A DNA stretch of 64,000 bases from Octopus bimaculoides (lineage: Eukaryota). The notes beneath the pieces are model-generated. The model saw only the letters and a program-made list of their open reading frames with translations. It did no database searches and had not been told where the DNA came from. Numbering within the stretch: the first letter of the stretch is position 1; every line of letters starts with the position of its first letter. The stretch is taken from the NCBI RefSeq assembly GCF_001194135.2, contig NC_068987.1, forward strand, positions 94,618,377-94,682,376, in the 5' to 3' direction. Of this stretch, positions 50,693 through 62,454 are shown one piece after another. Both the position numbers and the translations under genes were made by a program.

Positions 50693-52697
50693 AAGTATAA
50701 AAATTACATTATTCCATTTCCCAGTAGATAAGTTTATGTAAGGATTAAGTTGGTTAAAAATACTGAGAGAATCTTTTCCTCCACCACCCCTCATAAAAGC
50801 AGTAACAAAAATATAAACCAAGAGGAAAATACATAAAAGCATTGAGAAAAAAAAAAAAAGGAAAAAAGGGTCTCTGGTAATCCATAGACACTATTAAAAC
50901 TTTAAATTGCAAGTATTTCACTTACAACCGTATTAATTTCTCTTGCCACACAACTTCACTCATTTTCAAAACTTAGATATAGTTTCATGTATTCTGGGCT
51001 TTTTTTTTTTCTCTACTGAGGATTAGCAAATATGCCCTTTATGTTGTTGTATGATTTTATTTCGTGTGTGTGTGTGTCTGTGCACATACATATTGATTTC
51101 ATTACACATGTATGTGTATACACACACACACACATATATATGTATATACACAAGCATATATGTATACGTACATATATTCATATATATATATATATGTATG
51201 TGTATATAATTTTTAGCTTTAACCTTTTCTTGCTCATTAAAATTCTAGTGCTAATTTTTGTTTTGATTTTTAAACAGTTTCAAGGAAACTACTGAAGTTG
51301 AAGAAATAATTTACATTCTTTTCTTTTCTTTTTCTTATTTTATTAAATTTATTTTATTTTGTTTATTCATCCATTTTTTAATTTTATTGATTATCCCTTT
51401 TTCTGTTCATTAAAATTCAAATGCAAACACACATTTTGCAAATTTTATAAGCAGATTGATAATAATCTTCTTGCATAAAAAAAAAGGTAAACTAATGCTG
51501 CCAAGTCGTTAACTCTCTTACCTTTTTCCTCATCTCTGGGAAAATATTCAACTGACACAGCACTGCATGCTAATTTAACATTTGTCAGTTACAGTAGTGG
51601 TACTATGATTAATCCACAGTACTTATTAGCGAATGACAGAGGACATTAGTAGATGTGACTAGCAACATAGCACAGATATATAAAGAGCATTAATGTTTTG
51701 CAGGAGATGGTTTGTCTCCTGGCATATCAACCTCACTTGTGCATCTGAACAAGGTGCATTGCTCTGCTAGAAAAAGCTGACAATAATCAAGTTCTATTCT
51801 CCTCTCAGTTTCATAGCTAAACTGACAGTGGAAGGCATAGCATCTGCAAAACCAATTGTTGGTCGAGATGAAAAACATTTTGCACTAGGAAAGAAATGAA
51901 TAGAATGAATGTAAACCATGGATGGAAGAATGTATATGAATGCCTGTGCATGCACACACACACACACACACACTCACACACACTCACACACACACAACAA
52001 ATGCATCCAAATTCAAAATTGAAGTGCTGGTCAAATGTTGGTATGAAACTGATATGGCCGAATTCTTCCCTTGCATAGTCTATTGTAGTTAATATTCCAG
52101 TGATCAGGCATTAGTTTCCAGAAGTTGTATGAACTTTGAAACATTACATAAACTGAAATTTTGACTTCATGACCCTCTTTATCTTTTTTATTGTTATGCT
52201 GTAGAGTCGGTCATCTAGCATCTACACACACACACACACACAGAGTGAGAAAGAGAATGGTCAAGTCCAGATCAAATTTTTGTGGGAGATAAAAAGCCAT
52301 AGACTGCACTAAGAAATTTTTATTGTCCTTTGAAAATACATCAGCAAACTCTAGCTAAAGGCACAGCCTGAAAATTGTGACATTATTCTTTATATAGAAA
52401 TGAGGACAGAGAAAAAGATTGCTTGTGTATGAAATAATATTTGAATAAATTTTTTAATAATTTTGCCTATCAAAATTTATTTAGAATGCTAGATTGTCAA
52501 TCCCTTGTTACTATAAAATGGTTGCAATTAGGTCTCTACTCTGTGCATCAGTTTAACTTTGTTGTAGAGATTACATCTTATATGTATGTGGCTTCCCAAG
52601 ATGGAGGGGTTGCCAATATTGGAAGAGCCCCACCCATCTGGAATAGGGTAGAAACAGTTTGGTGAGGTTAATGGATATTCACTGGATATTCATTCTT

Positions 52698-52812
52698 TTG
52701 ATTGGCATTTATCAATTCCCAAGATATGCAAATATGCATGTGGAGATTCTATCTATTCCATCCTCCGTTGATTGGCATCTATTATTCCCAAGAGATGCAA
52801 GCTTGCATACGA
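52698..52812 (+). repeat. Two-copy tandem duplication with a 70-nt period
   Basis: ttgattggcatttatcaattcccaagatatgcaaat at 52698 and ttgattggcatctattattcccaagagatgcaa at 52768. Confidence 0.8.
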
Positions 52813-52974
52813 AGGAGATGTAGTCACAAGAGCCAGCATATGCATACTTTGAATGGGCAGCAGTTTTTGAATTAACTTTTAAGAATCAGCATATCATTGC
52901 TTCTAAACGTTGAGGAATGAATATGTTATGTTTTGAAAATCCCAGTTTCAGTGCATAAGTGTATGGCAATGTAA

Positions 52975-53005
<31 letters not shown>

Positions 53006-54266
53006 TACTCACACACACACTCTCAGGAACATGTATATTTATATATTTGTGCACATGTATGTGGGAGCATGTATTAAGCTTATGTGTATGTATGTGTGTG
53101 TGTGTGTGTGCACGCATGCACACACACACACTCTTACAAATTATATATAAAATACATGTACTGTACATATTCATTATTTGTATAATATATATTATAAATT
53201 TAAAAAAAAAGATCTTTCGTGTTTGCATAGGTTGGACAAGCTGGGGAATTGCACTGGGCTGTAGTGTTTGATTTAACATGGTTTCTTCAATTTGATGCCC
53301 TTCCTATTGGCAATCATTTTAAAGAGTGCTGTAGATACATTTTTCATGGCACCAGCTTCAGTGAGGTTACCATGAAGCTTTCGTGACAGCTCGTTCATAA
53401 TTGAGTGGGACTTGAGTAGAAAGCAATGCAGCTTTATGCAAGATAATGAAAGGCTAAAGTATAAAAAAAGGAGCTTGGAAGAACTGGTTTCATGCTGCAG
53501 ATGAGGAACTTGGTTACTTGAATTGTACAAAAGTGGATGGGAATAATTGGTGTAGAATAAAGATAATGGTGGTGAAATGTAAGGCTGGACTGCTGGGGTT
53601 GAAGAACAGGTGGGTAATGGTTACAAGAGTAGATGGAGACAGGAACAAATGGTTAAAGGTAGATAGGAGCACAAAGTACTGAATGATGAACAAAGGTTGA
53701 GGAGGAGAGTCTGTGATAAATATGGAATTGGATGCAAGGTTAGAAAGTAGATGAGGACTAGAGATTGGTTGGAGTCGGAGGGGTAGATGTAATGATTGCT
53801 TAGAGGTGATCAATGATAGATAGTGTGCACTGACAGACAGGTAGTTCGGAAGAGTGAAGAGAAGCAGAATGTTAATAAATACAGCTGAAAGGAGAAGAGA
53901 CCCAACAGAAAAAAAGATAACGTGTGTGTGGAGGGAGGTAGATGAGTGGGAGTGGAGAAATAGGGACTGCATAAGAAGAGTGGGAAGAGGTACATGAGTC
54001 AACAGGAAGTGTTCAATTGACCTATCATCACACACACACACACACACACATGTATAGGAACTTGTGCACTCAACAGAAGGAAAAACAAGTAGTACTGGCA
54101 AAGAGCTCTTTCAGATGCAGTTGCTGTATGCATGACTGCCACTCCCATGTGGGCTTGCACTGCAACAACAGATGCTGCACCACCATCAGCAGCTGACATG
54201 ATTTCTTCAGATGCAAATCCATGCCCTCTCAAGACCAACGGATGCCTACTACTACTCGTCTGTATC

Positions 54267-54324
<58 letters not shown>

Positions 54325-54419
54325 TATGTATATGTGTACATATATACATACATACACACACACACATATATATGCATATATATATATATGTGTGTGTATA
54401 TGTATGTATATATGTATAT

Positions 54420-54578
54420 ATCATCATCATCGTTTAACGTCTGCTTTCCATTCTAGCATTTGTTGGATGATTTGACTGAGGACTGGCAAACCAGAAGGCT
54501 GCACCAGCCTCCAATCTGATCTGGCAGAGTTTCTACAGCTGGATGCCCTTCCTAACACCAACCACTCCGAGAGTATAG
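54420..54578 (-). mobile_element. SINE family B, fairly young
   Basis: catcatcgtttaacgtctgctttcc...ggatgcccttcctaacaccaaccactc. Confidence 0.9.
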
Positions 54579-54589
54579 TCACCTTATAT

Positions 54590-55455
54590 ATATGTATTTG
54601 CAGATGATTCTAAGATCCAGAAGGTCATCAAAGCATGCCTTCAATCAGATCTGCTGGCTGTCATCCAATGGGCGGAAAAGAATAATATGCTGCTGAACGA
54701 AAATAAATTTGAGTTATCCGCTTCGGAAAAGAGGATACCCTGAAACTCCAATACTCCCTTCCTTCAGGTCAAACTCTGATGGCATCCAACATCAGAGACT
54801 TGGGAGTAATTTTGGACAGCAACATAAGCTGGGCCACTCCTATAAAAAACAAAGTTGACATGGCCTGCAGAATAATGCTTCTGGATTCTCAGGACTTTCC
54901 AGTTGAGAGATATCCACACCAGTTTTCTTCTTTTCTCCACTTTTGCCCTACCCCACCTTGAATACTGCTGTCGACTGTGGTCTCCCTACATGACACAACG
55001 TATCATGAAAATTGAAGATGGCATGACAGGCTTTGAGTATTGGGATCAACTAGAAAAGCTCCAGCTTTATTCTTTCCAATATCACTATGAGAGCCACATC
55101 ATCTGCATGATGTGGAAAATATTCCATCAGCATTGCCCAAATATACACCCAAGACTTGGACCCCGTGCTATCTGCCCATGACATATATCATACTCATATC
55201 ACATAACAACATTACAGTACAATTATTTCACCTCAATTGGCCCCGCTCCCTTTAACATTAGACCAAAACACATTAAAGCAGAAGCAGACCCCATAAAGCT
55301 CAAGAAGTTTTTGGACAAATTCCTTCAAAAAATCCCAGATAAACCTCCTACACCAAGATATGTCTCTGTAAACAATAACTCTCTTTTCAAGTGGGCCATG
55401 TTGTCCAATTCATGATTTGAATGACCCTCCCCAAATACAACAATATAACAATATA
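54590..55455 (+). mobile_element. CR1-like LINE 3' fragment (RT C-terminus, pseudogene)
   Basis: YVFADDSK...LQSDL...WAEKNNMLLNENKF; IRDLGVILDSNISW; LPHLEYCCRLWSPY; short caatata-type tail. Confidence 0.85.
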
Positions 55456-55731
55456 CATGCATATATATATGTATATATATATATATACATATATATATAN
55501 NNNNNNNNNNNNNNNNNNNNNNNNNNNNNNNNNNNNNNNNNNNNNNNNNNNNNNNNNNNNNNNNNNNNNNNNNNNNNNNNNNNNNNNNNNNNNNNNNNNN
55601 NNNNNNNNNNNNNNNNNNNNNNNNNNNNNNNNNNNNNNNNNNNNNNNNNNNNNNNNNNNNNNNNNNNNNNNNNNNNNNNNNNNNNNNNNNNNNNNNNNNN
55701 NNNNTATTGTTATATTGCAAAGTAGTCATTA

Positions 55732-55977
55732 TTTTTTTTCTTACCAAAGAAGCATATGCACACTATATATTCATTCTTCTTCACTCAGTTATGATTATTC
55801 TTATTTTATCTCCTGTTCATTGTCCAGAAATCTTTCTCATTACACAGAATCACTGAAGAGGTTACAGATACATGACGAAAGATTTCCAAATAATGTGCAA
55901 AAGATAAAATTTAAAAAGTAATAAACACGTGAAGAACAAATAGATAGTGCGTGTGTTTATTTGACAAGGAAAAAAAA
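55732..55977. repeat. About 245-nt element with roughly 60-nt imperfect terminal inverted repeats (MITE-like)
   Basis: Left ttttttttcttaccaaagaagcatatgcacactatatattcattcttc versus reverse complement of right ttttttttccttgtcaaataaacacacgcactatctatttgttcttc. Confidence 0.65.
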
Positions 55978-56887
55978 GAATGAATACCCCGAAATATAAC
56001 GATGTCTGTTTCAACATATGGTTTCACATCAGGAATCTCGCAAAACGAATTCATAAACATATATTTGTATCTCAAAGGAGAGAAAAATATATATGCGTGA
56101 AGAAAGCAAGAGAGAATGGAGAAGAATCGTGGTGGCTACTACTGGTTTTCAATTGAGGAATGTATATTGTGTGTGGTGAGCATGTTTACAGTATGAAGTA
56201 ATAGAGATGTACATTGGCATATGTACTTGTAAGTTTATGAAGAGAGTGAGGTAGGAGGGAGGCAGGTGAAAAACAAAATTTTAAGTAGTAAGGGAAAATA
56301 CAGAGAGAAGTGTGTAAATGACAAGAAGGAATTAAAGGGAAGGTATATTGTTGGAAAAAAAGGTGTCGTCGTTATTATTTGTATTTTGAGAATAGATTTA
56401 GTGATCGATGTTTGCAGGTAAAAATTATACTACTGCGTACATTAAGACAATCTGCAGATTGCAAAATAGCTAAGACCTCATCTATGCAGAGATCACACTT
56501 GTTATAGCTGCTGTATGGCTTAGCATGGATGACTATGGACCAGTTGAGAGTGTAAGGAGTTGAATCAATCTTTAGTTTGGGGATGAGTTGAGATAACGAT
56601 GTACTGTTGGATTTTGTTTAGAACTTGAAACTGGAGTAGTGTGTGTGTGTGTGTGTGTGCGTGCACGTGTGTGTTTGCATGTGTGCATACATGTATGAGC
56701 TTCTGTTTGTTTATGCTTTTCTGAAAATTGCTCTAATTTCTCCTGTCAGCAAATCTGCTGATGGCTTTGCATCTTTGATGGCACTGGAGATAATCTAACC
56801 ATCAGTTGTAAAACATGTAAGGATTATATCAACAGAAGGGTTATCTGACCAAGAAAGGATGCTTCAGTAAAATAGTCTTCTGCCTTT

Positions 56888-57009
56888 TCCCAACTACATG
56901 GTTCTGGGTTCACTCCCACTGTGTGGCACCTTGCGCAAGTGTCTTCAACTATAGCTCTGGGCCAACCAAAGCCTTGTGAGTGGATTTGGTAGATAGAAAC
57001 TGAAAGAAG
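56888..57009 (+). mobile_element. SINE family A 5' half
   Basis: catggttctgggttcactcccactgtgtggcaccttgcgcaagtgtcttc...gaaactgaaagaag. Confidence 0.9.
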
Positions 57010-57014
57010 TGCAC

Positions 57015-57089
<75 letters not shown>

Positions 57090-57127
57090 TGCACGATGGG
57101 CTTCTTTCAGTTTCTATGTATACATAT

Positions 57128-57167
<40 letters not shown>

Positions 57168-57177
57168 ACATACAGAC

Positions 57178-57362
57178 CATCATCATAATGATTTAGCATC
57201 TGCTTTCCCTGCTGGTATGGGTTAGACAGTTTGACTGGAACTGGTAAGCCGGAGGGCTGCACCAAGTTCCAGTCTGATTTGGCATTGTTTTTATGGCTGG
57301 ATGCCCCTTCCTAATGCCAATCACTACTAAAGTATTATGGGTAATTCTTACATGTCACCGGC
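57178..57362 (-). mobile_element. SINE family B, diverged
   Basis: atctgctttccctgctggtatgggttagacag...ggatgccccttcctaatgccaatcac. Confidence 0.8.
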
Positions 57363-57699
57363 AAAGTTAAATATATATAGAATGAGAGGGATACACACAC
57401 AGATAAACAAACATACATATATACGCACAGTGCACATAACACAAATGAATGGAAATAAAAATTTACAGAAGTAAATACATTTTAGAAAAATTCAATATTT
57501 GTTGTTACATATTCTTGTATATGGGAAAAATCAAGATGAAAAATGTTTATATCACTTATATTAATTAATGTCAGTAATGTTAATTATATCGAAGATCTTA
57601 TTTTTGTGTTGGTAACAGCCAAACTTTATATTCTGATATTTGCACTTGTTAGAGTGCAACACAAATGTTAGCAGTTTGAAGATTGAAGGTTACTATCAA

Positions 57700-57870
57700 T
57701 AGCACACACTACACTCTCAGAGTGGTTGGCATTAGGAAGGGCATCTAGCTGTAGAAACTCTGCCAAATTGGAGCCTGGTGTAGCCATCTGGCTCACCAGT
57801 CCTCAGTGAAATCATCCAACCCATGCTAGCATGGAAAGCAGACGTTAAACGATGATGATGATGATGATGT
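57700..57870 (+). mobile_element. SINE family B, young
   Basis: cactacactctcagagtggttggcattaggaagggcatc...gcatggaaagcagacgttaaacgatgatg. Confidence 0.9.
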
Positions 57871-57899
57871 CCATTTTCTGTGTGTGTGTGTGTGTGTGT

Positions 57900-58100
57900 G
57901 TCTGTGTGTGTACCTGTGTCTGAGTCTATGTTTGTCTCCCACCACTACTTGACAACTGGTGTTGGTATGTTTATGTCTTTATGTCCCTGTAACTTAGGAA
58001 TTTGGCGAAAGGAACCAATAGAATAAATAGAGTAAATACTAGGCTTTAAAAAAATCAGTCCTGGAATCGGTTTGTTCAGCTAAAATACCTTCAGGTGTTA
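57900..58100 (+). mobile_element. SINE family A 3' half
   Basis: cttgacaactggtgttggtatgtttatgtc...gtaacttagg...tactaggcttt...gtcctgg. Confidence 0.7.
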
Positions 58101-58106
58101 AAAGAT

Positions 58107-58156
<50 letters not shown>

Positions 58157-58252
58157 CATGTGTGTGTGTGTATGTGTATATATATTTGAATGACCAATTT
58201 ATATATCCATATTTTCCCATACATGACCTTTTCTATGTGCCTGTTCATGTAG

Positions 58253-58255
58253 GAA
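58253..58255 (+). CDS. Candidate 3-nt microexon GAA (adds Arg)
   Basis: ccttttctatgTGCctgttcatgtAG|GAA|GTAAGT; frame-preserving. No transcript evidence. Confidence 0.2.
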
Positions 58256-58601
58256 GTAAGTGTAGCCATGTGGGTGATGTGTTTACTTTGTAATCGCAAG
58301 GTCCCGAATTTTATTCCATTACATGGATCTGTTTAACATAGCTTGTGGTTGACTTAAGCCTTGTGATCAAAACTGGGTTGGCAGATACTCTATGGAAGTG
58401 CAGAAAAACCTTCTGACACAATTCGCAGACTGATTCAGACTGGGGTCCCTGGGGTATATTCACCCACCCAGACTGTAATTCACTGAACATGTACTTGACA
58501 GACATTTCCGAAACTAATGAATGATTCACTTACATATAGATACGTACACACACACACACACATGCACACACGTATACATACACAAACATACATTGTATGT
58601 A

Positions 58602-59476
58602 TGAGGGGGTACCCAAAAGAAACTGAAATTTTGCAATATTATTTTATTCTTTTAGTTTAACATGTTTACACTTTTATTGTCTTCAAAGTATTCCCTATTT
58701 GAAGTAATGCATTGTTCCAGATGCATTTCCAATGTTGGAGCAATCCTGGAATTTTTGCAAAGTGATACCTTTTAACGCCTCCATTGTTTTTTTTTCTTCA
58801 CCTCTTCCACATTTGCAAATTCCATAGCACCAGCTTTTGTCATCTTTGATGACCTTCAAAAAATGGTCCAGATCAGCTTCCGTCTGTTCTTTCAGTTCAT
58901 GACATGCATTCTCTCAAGACTGTTTTTCATCTTCCATGAGCAAGCAAGGTACAAATTTGTTGCAACTCTTTTCATTTGCAATTCCTCACTCATAATTCGT
59001 TGGCAGGAGCCCCAGGACACACCAGTCATATCAACAAGTTTGTCAATTGTTTGGTGAAGGTCCTCCAAGATCAGTTCATGAATTTTCGTGATGTTTTCAT
59101 TCATTTGGGAGGTTGATGGTCACTCCGAATGAGGTTCATACTCAAGCAACAAGTGGCCATTCCTAAAGTCTGAAAATCACTTATAAACTTCTGTTTTGTT
59201 CATGGCAGTAGCCTTGGAAGCTGTTTAAAGCATGACAGCTGTTTCAGCCACTGCTTTCCCCTGCAGAAAATGGAATTTCACAGAATCATGCGATTCCTTT
59301 GTTTCAGCCATTGTAAAACAAAGAGGCACCATGTAGCAGTATGAACTCACTGGACAATGCTGGTTGCCAGACTGATGCCTGAGGGTCACACCAAGTGGCT
59401 TCTAGCAGTGGAAGCCTGAAATACAACAGGCTTGTCCCACTGAGAACATTCCTGGTTATTTTGGGGTAGCCCCTCA
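58602..59476 (-). mobile_element. Mariner (Tc1/mariner) transposon, internally deleted, non-autonomous, 875 nt
   Basis: TA at 58600-58601 and 59477-59478; about 30-nt TIRs tgagggggtacccaaaagaaactg / tgaggggctaccccaaaataacca. Decayed HTH region (PSTSQMNENITKIHELILED...GVSWGSCQRIMSEEL); SWCYG is joined directly to the C-terminal FANVEEVK. Confidence 0.9.
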
Positions 59477-59514
59477 TATATTATACATGTATGTATGTAC
59501 ATATATATACGCAC

Positions 59515-59965
59515 ACATAGCCATGACTGTGTAGTAAGAAGTTTGCTTCCCAACCACACGGTCCCAGATTCAGTGCCACTGTGTGGCGCCTTTGGCAAGC
59601 ATCTTCTACTCTAGCCTGAGAGTGACCAAAAGCTTTTGTGTAGATTTGGTAGGCTGATGGATGGAAACAGAAAGAAGCATGTTGTGTGTGTGTGTGTGTT
59701 TGTGCATGCGTGTGTGCATGCGTGTGTGCATGCACACATGTTTTTGCATTTGTGTTTGTCCCACACCATTGCTTGACAAGAGGTATTAACGTGTTGACAT
59801 CCCATTAACATTGCAGTTTGGCAAAAGATAGATAGAATGAGTACCAGGTTTTTTTAAAAAAAAAAAAGCACTGGGATCAATTCATTGAACTAAAAATTCT
59901 CCAAGGAGGGTGCCCCAGCATGGCCACAGTCTAATAATTGAAACAAATAAAAGATAAAAGATATA
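59515..59965 (+). mobile_element. SINE family A, full length, diverged
   Basis: gactgtgtagtaagaagtttgcttcccaaccac head through ggtgccccagcatggccacag...aaaagataaaagat tail. Confidence 0.85.
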
Positions 59966-60713
59966 TTGCTTGTTTATGGTTGTAGCTTCTACTCCTTTTT
60001 TTTTTTTTTTTTTTGTAAAAGTCCAATATTACTGAAAAGCTATGTTTGCATCTGTGTCCAATCTATTGGTTATTGATTTCTATGTCTCTTTCACTGAAAT
60101 GAGGCCACCTGTACAGATGTATATTTTGTATGCCACCATGTTCATGTACATTATATGTATGTGTGTTTACATTTATCTGTGTTTTGTATTGACACAGATA
60201 CATGTGTGTATTTGTGTNNNNNNNNNNCATTTATCTGTGTTTTGTATTGACACAGATACATGTGTGTATTTGTGTTGTTTGTGTGCATGCATATGTTTGT
60301 ATGGGTGTGTGTGTGTGTATATATATATTGTGTGTGATTGTGACATATATGAGTGTATGTAATGTGTTATCTAATCAAGAAAATATCTCTTCAGGGATAA
60401 ATATTTCCATATCACTATATCTTGATGCTAATGCATCGGTTGTAGTAATGGCTGTTTGTGAAACAAAAATGAAGATATGAAGAGGTATGTTTACAAAGTA
60501 CATTTGTTCCGGTGTATGTACACATGTGTATCGTGTGTGTGTGTGTGTTGTGTGAGTGTGTGTGTAACTGTGTAATGACTGGTACAGGCATATTCTGAAT
60601 ACATTGTCAGTAATTTATATATATCATGTTCACATACATGATGAAATTATGCATCGATACACACACCATGCATATATACATAGATATAATTACATACATA
60701 CATACATTTATAT

Positions 60714-60775
<62 letters not shown>

Positions 60776-60827
60776 CAGAAAATAGAGGAATTTGCAAACA
60801 CAGGAAAGTTAGGAAGATGGCTTGGAA

Positions 60828-60862
<35 letters not shown>

Positions 60863-61082
60863 TGAACTGTGGAACTGTGTTGAATTTTTCAATATTTAAG
60901 TCTAATTTCTTTATGTAGTATTGACTATACTCTTTATTGATATCTTTTCCCTTAAATTTTATTCCATTTTTGTTGTGCAAAAACAACCTGCAGAAAATAT
61001 ATTGGCATTAAATATGGGGTGATTATGATGATGATAATGATGACCGTGCTTCTAAGATGAAACAACATTTTGTGTATTGCAG

Positions 61083-61322
61083 GAACATTACAGTTACCAC
61101 CACCATCTTTACCTCCACCTCCACCTCCACCCCCAATTGAAGACATTCCCCAAAGAAGTCCTGTTGCATCAACGCGAAGGAAGTCCTTTGGTCCTTCACA
61201 GCGTGGAAACTATTCGGAGGTGGAGAACACGTGTCGCAGATGCAACTATTCTGAAGGAGAAGGTGACTTTGAGCAACATTATTTGGTGCAGACCACATCA
61301 AGTAATGTATTCTTGCCACCAG
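61083..61322 (+). CDS. Ten-m: Teneurin coding exon 3 (240 nt, phase 1-1, polyproline); gene continues beyond the window
   Basis: Acceptor ttttgtgtattgcAG, donor G|GTAAGG at 61323. Contains PPPSLPPPPPPPP, and EGDFEQHYLVQTTSSNVFLPPG matches the recalled Drosophila Ten-m motif DADFEPSCLVRTPSGNVYIPSG. Confidence 0.9.
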
Positions 61323-62149
61323 GTAAGGCCAAATCTATTTTCATGCTAATTGTTGCCCTTGTTTTTGTTAATTTTAGTTTTTGTGAAATCCTGCTTCTAA
61401 TCATAATGACTTAAATTGGCATCATTCAAACACATACAAAAACCTTTTTATTTCATCTGTATCCAATTAACTGGTGTCTTGTGGAGATATGATAATACTA
61501 TTTCTTGACTAATATTGTTCCATCACATATTTCTTACTAATTTGATTTTCAAAGCTCTTCCTATTTATTAAGTTAGTGCTATCATAGTTAACAAACTGCT
61601 TATCCCAAAGTGCTCAACTTTACATTACACTGTTAAATGTTGAGGAATTATCCGTGCTAATTTTTCAGATGGTTCTTCACAGTCAGCATGTAAAAGGTGA
61701 TTTTTCTCCCACCTTAATTAAAGACAAAAGTAACAGCAATAGAGGCCCCAAGTTTCCCTGAATATTTTATCCTATAAAGATGTGACTTCTGACATTGCTA
61801 GGAGACATACATTTTACTAAAATTATTCTGAGCTTTATATATATAGATAAACATGCTTTTTTTTATTTTGCTTGATAATGTAATAAATTTGTTTTGAAGA
61901 TGCTGAGCTCTTGTAAGTTCTTTGAAAAATGTTTCATATTGGTTTTTTTTAACTAATGCACAAACATTATGTTTTTCAATCCATTTTGCTGTGTTGTTTT
62001 CTTCATCTACCTGCTTTTCTTCATATTTTCTCTCTTAGCAACACATTCATATCTAAGCATTTGCTTTTCTAATTCACTAACTCATTCTTAAAATTAATAA
62101 AGATGGGTTAGAGAAAGAAATTTCCACCAAACTGGCAAAATTATTATAA

Positions 62150-62454
62150 CTAGCTCTCTATTGATTACAAATTATGAGTGTTCCGATCCAATTACTGGAA
62201 CAGTCTACTCATGAAATCAGTGTGCAAAGGGCTGAGCACTCTAGAGGTCCATGTAACCATGGAAATTTAGTATGCCACAGAATGTGACAAGGCTGGCCCC
62301 CTTTCACTTTCAGGTGCAACTCCTTTTTGCTAGCTGAGTTGACAGGGGCAATGTGAAATAAAGTGTCTTGCTCCAGGACACAGCATGCCACCAGGAATTG
62401 AACTCACAACCTTAAAATCGTGAGCTGAATACCCTAACCACTATGTTGCGTGCC
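62150..62454 (-). mobile_element. tRNA-derived SINE family D variant
   Basis: Minus head agtggttagggtattcagctcacga...gagttcaattcc, then gtgtcctggagcaagacacttt; 3' half shared with 5321-5702. Confidence 0.8.

Noticed and set aside
60168-60272. About 48-nt direct repeat flanking a 10-N gap (similar case at 11400-11490)
   Set aside because: Same gap-overlap artefact pattern; not a biological repeat or a CRISPR-like array.
202-60986. Many 60-190 aa ORFs rich in YI, HT, CV, SL, poly-I/M/D
   Set aside because: Translations of microsatellites or N runs; no splice or homology support.
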